Shown here piece by piece: positions 62,640 to 64,000 of a stretch of DNA of 64,000 bases (positions within the stretch are counted from its first letter, which is position 1; the number at the start of each line of letters is the position of its first letter). The position numbers were made by a program, and so were the translations under genes. The notes beneath the pieces were generated by a model that saw only the letters and a program-made list of their open reading frames with translations, ran no database searches and was not told where the DNA came from. This DNA is from Psammoneis japonica. Taxonomy: Eukaryota. The stretch spans positions 558,001 to 622,000 of the forward strand of contig QPGO01000021.1 in NCBI GenBank assembly GCA_008632985.1, given 5' to 3'.

Positions 62640-63426
62640 ATTTGCTTTTGTCACAGCATGTGGCCAGACAGTTGCTGCAATGGCGCAATCTCATGGAAGT
62701 CTGTTGCACATTGGAGGCAGTGTGCACCCAATGTAAGCTGTTTGTTCATGGGTGATTGTGTCAACTGTTGCTGTTGTTTGGTCAAGGCAGTGAGCATGCT
62801 GGTGTGTCTTGAGGTGCATCACCCCGATCAGGTGAGTTGCTTGCAAGGCAGTCATGGGTCAATTCAAATGACACAGCTCTGTGGCTTTTTGCAACAAGGG
62901 TGTGCAGAAATGTTGATCAGTCAATGCATGGAAAGTCTTCATCAATCTCTTTGATTGCTTTCCTCTGCTGGCCTTGGTGGTGGAGCACTCTGTGTTTGTC
63001 TGCATGCACCGCATCAATCAAATTGGGTTTTGTGCAGGAAGAAGTGCCACATGAGGGACCCACATGAAATTTGATTTCATCAGATCCAGACAAACCGCCT
63101 CACCTTTTGTCAGGACATTTTGCAGCAGTTGGTTCAATGAATGCAATGGACTCAACTTTGGGCACATCAATCATGTCGTCATGGAGGGTCGCAATTGGAG
63201 TCATGATCAGCGTCCTGCTGCAATCCTTGGCACGCCAAACCAGTGTTGTTGATGTGGAAATCAAGCTGCCATTGTGGAGGTGGATGAAGAATTGAACAAG
63301 ATTTTTTTGCAATTCGTTCCTGCTCCTCGTTGGGGAGAACCGCATGTTGCAAAAAGAAGGCCCGATTGCTTTTTATAATCAGAGCAAGAAACCAAGCAAT
63401 GACTGTGGAATGACAAAAGAAAATGT

Positions 63427-63908
63427 CGTGCTGCGGTCTAATTTAAAATGGCTCGCATTTCCCGCACTTCACCGTGTCATTTTGACCTGCCTCGGAACAC
63501 CCCCGAACACCCATGCGTTCGTCAAACCCTCACGCACAGGGGCTGTTAGACGGCTGTGAGAGCTGCACATTTGGCGCTTCAAATGCCACTCATCGACCTG
63601 AGCCCTGTTGTCAGGTCGAAAAAACCGCTAATTTTCGCTGGGGTCGGGCTTCTTATGGGAGATTAGCGGTAACTTTCTGGGAAATGCCGACAAGTGGCAT
63701 TTGACTGGCTATTGACATATCTACAGTCGTTAAGGTAAAAGTCGCGCATGGTCATACCTGTCGTTTAAGCATTCTAGGGTGTCTGGCGAACGGACAAAGT
63801 TCGACCGATCGCTGAAATTTTTTTTTGCGAACGCGCGCGCATTTACTACGATGCATCCGGGTTATTTTTATAAAAATTACGAGCTCCCAAAAAACAGACC
63901 GCAGCACG
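63427..63908. mobile_element. ~480-bp TIR element inserted in the 3' flank of the PP2A copy
   Basis: cgtgctgcggtct (63427) pairs with agaccgcagcacg (ends 63908); the flanks on both sides match near-contiguous sequence at about 54200-54240. Confidence 0.8.
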
Positions 63909-64000
63909 TAGATCCATCCTTAATGAAGTGATGAGACAAGTCAAAACAGAATTGGAGTGAATTCTTTTGATGTTTCCTTCATAGTGTGAGTCTTTGTGGT

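Larger units (their letters stand above)
62150..64000 (+). pseudogene. Decayed duplicate of the PP2A locus (5' UTR, CDS and 3' flank) with two insertions
   Basis: ATG equivalent at 62202 (atggcagagtcagaactgagctc versus atggaagagccagaacttagctc at 53080); colinear to the stop equivalent near 63378; 3' flank match resumes at about 63920 (gaagtgatgagacaagt). Confidence 0.93.

Noticed and set aside
9270..63370. Dense overlapping 60-220 aa ORFs in the depleted blocks as novel protein genes
   Set aside because: Loss of TA removes TAA/TAG stops in all six frames, which inflates ORF length. The products are Tyr-free and Cys/His/Gln-rich, and some are visibly broken TE proteins
9270..63370. Classical fungal RIP as the cause of the repeat decay
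   Set aside because: RIP converts CpA to TpA and raises TA. Here TA is lost and CA/TG gained, and the intact PP2A partner copy is untouched

Overview
Eukaryotic DNA, almost certainly from a diatom: it has GT-AG introns, an ASAFAP-type plastid presequence, a silaffin-like KxxK protein and several diatom-typical gene families. About two-thirds of the window is compact genic sequence. Genes include EME1, XRN2, an LCIB/theta-CA-like protein, GT90, a ZZ-finger/carboxylic-acid-reductase-like enzyme, two GT47 paralogues, a Tweety-like protein, SEH1, DUF2817, two BTB proteins, a MYND protein, a META protein, the PP2A catalytic subunit and a fucosyltransferase-like protein. About one third lies in eight sharply bounded blocks (approx. 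9.3-12.7, 17.8-20.8, 22.5-23.6, 29.5-32.1, 35.3-38.3, 39.9-42.7, 57.3-58.6 and 60.0-63.4 kb). These blocks are depleted of BOTH CpG and TpA and enriched in TpG/CpA, and they contain wrecked Penelope, tyrosine-recombinase and Ty3/gypsy elements. A decayed copy of the PP2A gene in the last block can be aligned to the intact gene. The alignment shows systematic TpA->TpG/CpA changes (A->G, mostly in a TAY context) in addition to CpG decay. This is the main candidate for an undescribed genome-defence or hypermutation process, running opposite to fungal RIP. Many genes carry single-base frameshifts at short base runs, probably assembly errors. All counts and alignments were made by eye.
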